IMG/VR virus record: IMGVR_UViG_3300016657_000126
Span: 88,885-152,884 of that record
Length of the DNA stretch: 64,000 nucleotides
Strand: one strand, 5' to 3'
Source of the DNA: a virus
Below are positions 59,937-64,000 of this stretch, in pieces. Position 1 is the first letter of the stretch; each line of letters opens with the position of its first letter. Under the pieces are notes generated by a model, which made no database searches, was not told the origin of the DNA, and saw only the letters and a program-made list of their open reading frames with translations. The position numbers and the translations under genes are program-made.

Positions 59937-62402
59937 ATGTCGCGCCTTTCAGTAATAACTCAGCACAATCTGTCGCCTGCGGCCATGGTCGGGGCCCTGG
60001 GTATGTCATGTCGCCGGGTCGAAGGGCGCCTGATGACATCGTGCCCGGCTTGCGAATCTCCGATGGAGGTAGGCGCCAGGGGGTTCGTTTGCTCCGGCAC
60101 CAAGTGCCTGTTCTGGACCGGTGACAGTCTCGACCTGGCGGCTCACGTTCTCGGTTCTTATGAGCAGGCGTTGGACGTCGCGCGCACGCTGATACCAAAT
60201 TGGGTCACTGCCCAGGAACAGGGACGTGCTTGGCAAGACATCCGTCGCGAACAAGCCGAGGATCTGCGGCGCCTGCGCGCGGTGACCGATTTCCTTATCC
60301 AGCGCGCGGACCAGCCGGTGACCATGGCACGCAATCACGCGCGGATGATGTGCCGCAAACACATGATGGATCCTCAGTCGATGCCGCGCGCGATATACGC
60401 GCTGACGGCATCCGAGGCCCGCGAGCTTTACTTGCTGTTCGGAAAAGTGGTTCCCCAACCCGAGGCGCCTGGCGAATACAATTACGCCGCGCTGGTTTTC
60501 TTCCGCGACCCGTATCGAATCTGTAAGGTGCAACTATTTCCGCTCGTAGGCGGAACACGCCCGATTCGGTTCATCACGTTTTCACTTTTCCCGAGCCGCT
60601 TTTCTTTCCTCGGGCTGCATGATCTGGTGCAGCGCGATCGCGCTATTCTTTACCAGAACTACCTGCTGGCTGTGCGGGAGAATTTCAGCCACGTGCTCGG
60701 ATGCAAGGGCAACCGACTGGGTGTTAGTTTGGACACCACGTGCAGCAACAAGGTCGAGTGGCCTAAGGCGCATGCAATGGTGGTGGATGCCGACTCGGAG
60801 CCGCTGATAACCGCGCTCGGCATAGCGCAGCGCGAATGCGCGATGGGCGTCATTGTCCGGGATGAAGGGACGGAGCTTCCGTTCATGTCCTGGGATCAGT
60901 TCATCGTGCGTTGGCTGCTGGACAAGATCGCGGCGGCTCCAGACCCGGCAGTGTGGATGGGGTGGTTGGACTCAGCATGCCTGACGCCGGACATGCGCGC
61001 TAAAGTTCTGCTGCGCGCTCGGAACGAGCTCAGTCTTTCGCTCTTCCATCGAATCACAGACCTCTTCGGAAACCGCGCTATTCACCAGGAAGACCGCGTG
61101 ACGCTGATGGAGGCGAACGACGTCTACTTCGCAAAGCGGCGCGCCGGCGCCACGGAAGACCAGCGGATCGAAGTAGCGAACTTCACGATCACGCTCACGC
61201 GCAACATCCACTTCCGCGACTCCGGCGATACCTACCACGAAGGGGAGATTCGCTGCGCCGGCGAGACCTACTTGGCTCGGATTTCTGCGCAGGCGTCGGA
61301 CAATCTATCGCAGCTTGAGTCCGAGATCCGGACCGCTGTGATGCGCGGCGCGTCGCCGCACTCGCAGAAGATCCTGCCCGTCATTCGAGAGAAGAATCTG
61401 GCGAAGATGATCCTCACCGTGCTGAGGAACCAGATGGCCTCTCTTCCGTCGATCGAGGGCATCAGCCGCCTTGGCTGGTCCGTCCGCGTCGGCGACAAGC
61501 TGCGCCAGCAATTCTTCCAGGCCCCCGACTGGGTGGTGACCGCGGACGGCGTGACCGACCACGACGCCATCCTTCACCCGGACACCATTCCAGCCGTTTT
61601 CGGTTCTTCGAGTGTAGAGGACGCAGAAGCACTTCAGGCGGTGCCGAGCGATCTCTGCTCGCTGACCGCGCGCATCGTGGCAACCATCGCCCGCGGCGGC
61701 CTGAACGAACCGCTGCGCCCGCTGCTTTATTCCGACGGTATGACCACGCGCGCGGCCCTGCTCAAGGCCTTCTCGGTCCTCGGGCAGCGCGAGGTGTTCG
61801 ACCTATCGTTCGGAGGGCAGGGCGGGCGCCAACTGGAGTTTCTCCGTGCCTTCCCTGTCGTGATCTCCGGGCTGAATGTCAGCCAGGTGTCGCGCGTCAC
61901 TCAGCCAATTTTCGTGATCGGTGATGGGCCTGCGATTACGTCCGAAGTGCCCGCTGGCTACGTCGGATTTCTTCGTGAAGCGGTGCGGTCAACGGTGCTC
62001 TGGGTGATGTCTGGCGCCGAGGGTTACCAACGCGCGCCGGCCGTCCTCTACGAGGAGCAACTGGAACGGGAAGGGGAGTTCATCATCCGGAAGGTGATGG
62101 GGCGCACCGGTTGGCCTGGCAGCTCGCGCAGTTTCCAGAACCTCGAGCGCTGGCTGTCCGGCGCAACTGCCGATCAGCTCGAGCAGATCCTCATGCTCGA
62201 CGCGCAGACACATATGGTCGCGCTACCGCCGGCGGCCTCTACCCCGGAGATCGAGATCGAGTGCCGCGCCCGCGCCAATCACGTCGAACGCCGCGGAGAC
62301 TCGCTGCACGTCGACGCGGCTTCCCTGCAGGGATGGTTGCTGATGTTCTACGGCCGCGACCTGAAAGTCCGCGTGACTAACCTGCCGGTTATTCCGCAGT
62401 GA
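59937..62402 (+). CDS. Large hypothetical protein with N-terminal zinc ribbon
   Basis: CPAC...C....C then GDSLDL, resembling a primase zinc-binding N-terminus; no catalytic motif recognised. Confidence 0.75.
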   Translation: MSRLSVITQHNLSPAAMVGALGMSCRRVEGRLMTSCPACESPMEVGARGFVCSGTKCLFWTGDSLDLAAHVLGSYEQALDVARTLIPNWVTAQEQGRAWQDIRREQAEDLRRLRAVTDFLIQRADQPVTMARNHARMMCRKHMMDPQSMPRAIYALTASEARELYLLFGKVVPQPEAPGEYNYAALVFFRDPYRICKVQLFPLVGGTRPIRFITFSLFPSRFSFLGLHDLVQRDRAILYQNYLLAVRENFSHVLGCKGNRLGVSLDTTCSNKVEWPKAHAMVVDADSEPLITALGIAQRECAMGVIVRDEGTELPFMSWDQFIVRWLLDKIAAAPDPAVWMGWLDSACLTPDMRAKVLLRARNELSLSLFHRITDLFGNRAIHQEDRVTLMEANDVYFAKRRAGATEDQRIEVANFTITLTRNIHFRDSGDTYHEGEIRCAGETYLARISAQASDNLSQLESEIRTAVMRGASPHSQKILPVIREKNLAKMILTVLRNQMASLPSIEGISRLGWSVRVGDKLRQQFFQAPDWVVTADGVTDHDAILHPDTIPAVFGSSSVEDAEALQAVPSDLCSLTARIVATIARGGLNEPLRPLLYSDGMTTRAALLKAFSVLGQREVFDLSFGGQGGRQLEFLRAFPVVISGLNVSQVSRVTQPIFVIGDGPAITSEVPAGYVGFLREAVRSTVLWVMSGAEGYQRAPAVLYEEQLEREGEFIIRKVMGRTGWPGSSRSFQNLERWLSGATADQLEQILMLDAQTHMVALPPAASTPEIEIECRARANHVERRGDSLHVDAASLQGWLLMFYGRDLKVRVTNLPVIPQ

Positions 62403-62742
62403 CGTCCACCGTCTGCCGGATGACGCGCTCGAAAACGCGGCGCTCCGGTGTGGTGATTCGAATGCGCATGTCTCCGCGAATCGCCTTCGTGGCGATGACG
62501 TCGGCGTAGCCGCGCACACGGAGCTTATCGCCCGAGCGGTCGAGGAAATTCTCGATGAGCGGAACAACCACGATGAAGTCGACGGAACCCCCGATACCGA
62601 CGCGCTGCAACGACTCAATGCGCGCATCAGGAGCCATATCCAAGTCGAACACCCACGAGCCGTCGCTCTGAGCGAGGATGACCTTGTCAGCGTTCGGTGT
62701 GTCGTGGTTTCCGAATCCGGGAAGAACGAATGGAGTGTTCAC
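62389..62742 (-). CDS. Hypothetical protein
   Basis: 117 aa, ATGA overlap. Confidence 0.65.
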   Translation of the reverse strand: MNTPFVLPGFGNHDTPNADKVILAQSDGSWVFDLDMAPDARIESLQRVGIGGSVDFIVVVPLIENFLDRSGDKLRVRGYADVIATKAIRGDMRIRITTPERRVFERVIRQTVDVTAE

Positions 62743-63119
62743 TGAAAAACATGGGAGGTTATGGAACCTCCGGCAGCCAGCTGCGCGCGGGCGTTATCCA
62801 CCAGGTCCTGCACGTCGTCGGCGATCGCCGTCCATACATCCATCGCCTCCTGCTCGCTCCGCAGCAGGAGCGTGACGCTGGGTTGGCGGTAGAACGGGCG
62901 CTCGACCTGCGCGGCGAGCCCCAGCTCGTCGATCTGGCTCAGACTGCACACGGCGCTGAATAGGTCGTTGTGTGATCCGTCGGCGGCCGTCGGACCGGCG
63001 TTCGCGTGAAAGACGAAAATCGAATTGCTCCACCCGGCGGGCGCGACCGTGCAGTCCAGCTTCAGCTGAACCATGTTCTGCGCCGGTAGGGGAGTGATCT
63101 GTTTTGAGACGGTGATCAT
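62739..63119 (-). CDS. Hypothetical protein, possibly structural
   Basis: 126 aa, tight overlaps with its neighbours. Confidence 0.65.
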   Translation of the reverse strand: MITVSKQITPLPAQNMVQLKLDCTVAPAGWSNSIFVFHANAGPTAADGSHNDLFSAVCSLSQIDELGLAAQVERPFYRQPSVTLLLRSEQEAMDVWTAIADDVQDLVDNARAQLAAGGSITSHVFQ

Positions 63120-63970
63120 CAGACGTCCGTTGAGAAATTAACCGTCATTCCGTGGTGTGAGTGCAACTTTGCCGCGCGCTTAATCTTCTCGCGCCGCTCA
63201 TCGCCGAGTCCGCGGTCCACCACCACGCACAGCTTCGATCCGTGCCCGAGGTTGCGCAGCCAGAACTCGAACCCTGGGCGGTAGTAGGTGTTGCCTGCGG
63301 TCATCCCAGCCAACGTCGACCAGTAACGCCCCGTGCTCACCTGCAGCGCGTCGGCCCAGGACCAGAACGCCTCGGTGGCAGCGCCGAAGTCGGCGCGTAG
63401 CTTCGCCGCCGGCGCCGGCCAGGAAGGGGCCGACGCGGTGAACTTCAGCGTGGCGTGCCCGAACTCTGCGGCTACAGATCGAAGAGGGCGAATGGGGTCC
63501 ATCATACCCAGTGGCTGCCACCAAGCGCCGGACGACGGAAACACGACCTCCGCCACACCCTCCACGCACTGTGTGGCTGCGACATCCCCTAGAGTAGGCG
63601 TCGTCGCGGGAATCACGCGCCCGTCCTCCAGAACGGCCAGCCAGCCTTGGCGCGTCTCGAATTTGTCGACCACGCGCACGGGCCCCGGAGTAAGGCCGGC
63701 GGCGACAAGAAGGGCGCGCGCAAAGTCGCTGCGCTCGCCGGTGTGCTGCCATCGGGCTCCGGCCGCCCCAGCCGGCCCCCACACCTGCGAAAGAAGGTTT
63801 GCCGCCTTCCGACGAACACGCTCGACGATGATGCAGGAGTTCGGGAATAGGGCGCGCGGCGATTTACGGAACGCCAGCGCCCCGTCGAGAACCCAAAATT
63901 CCTGCTGGTTGACCAGCGCGCGCGACCCGGAGAACAACACATCGGGAGCCGGCCCTTCCCAAGGAACCAT
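63119..63970 (-). CDS. Hypothetical protein, possibly the 3' part of a longer structural gene
   Basis: 283 aa ORF near the right edge; the true start may lie outside the window. Confidence 0.55.
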   Translation of the reverse strand: MVPWEGPAPDVLFSGSRALVNQQEFWVLDGALAFRKSPRALFPNSCIIVERVRRKAANLLSQVWGPAGAAGARWQHTGERSDFARALLVAAGLTPGPVRVVDKFETRQGWLAVLEDGRVIPATTPTLGDVAATQCVEGVAEVVFPSSGAWWQPLGMMDPIRPLRSVAAEFGHATLKFTASAPSWPAPAAKLRADFGAATEAFWSWADALQVSTGRYWSTLAGMTAGNTYYRPGFEFWLRNLGHGSKLCVVVDRGLGDERREKIKRAAKLHSHHGMTVNFSTDV

Positions 63971-64000
63971 CCAAAAGCCCCCGTGACGCAGACCGTCCGG

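Noticed and set aside
1-64000. Bacterial chromosome or prophage interpretation
   Set aside because: Fragmented RNAP, terminase, portal, many unknown ORFs, and no ribosomal or metabolic operons or integrase point to a large phage.
1-64000. Stop-codon reassignment
   Set aside because: TAA, TAG and TGA all end genes that tile tightly under the standard code.
1-64000. Nucleus-forming phage markers (chimallin, PhuZ tubulin) and major capsid protein
   Set aside because: No supporting motifs recognised in this window. They could lie elsewhere on the genome.

Overview
This 64 kb window is GC-rich, gene-dense and almost entirely minus-strand coded. It looks like part of a large (jumbo-type) tailed dsDNA phage genome rather than a cellular chromosome. 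It carries a terminase large subunit (+ strand), a portal-like protein followed by Gly-rich putative virion proteins, and a multisubunit RNA polymerase whose beta subunit is split over three dispersed genes, one fused to the start of beta'. It also carries a replication/recombination module: family A DNA polymerase with an N-terminal UDG-like fold, primase, DnaB, HTH initiator-like protein, RecA-like, RecQ-like, SF2 helicase, SbcCD, RNase H, NAD ligase, TMK and a MazG-like enzyme. There are four inteins (RNAP beta, portal, Pol A, SF2 helicase). The most unusual signals are: (1) an HNH endonuclease ORF hidden in a second reading frame inside the Pol A intein; (2) a stand-alone RAMP/Cas7-like gene preceded by a candidate small RNA with gapped complementarity to the translation-initiation regions of two replication-module genes; (3) a recurrent K-x-A motif in putative virion proteins that brackets an Acb1-like 2H phosphodiesterase (fused to an RNAP fragment) and a GNAT domain; (4) an FG-repeat low-complexity protein that shares a GYF_2-like domain with a second Pro-rich protein. 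All calls come from motif recognition by eye; no searches were run.
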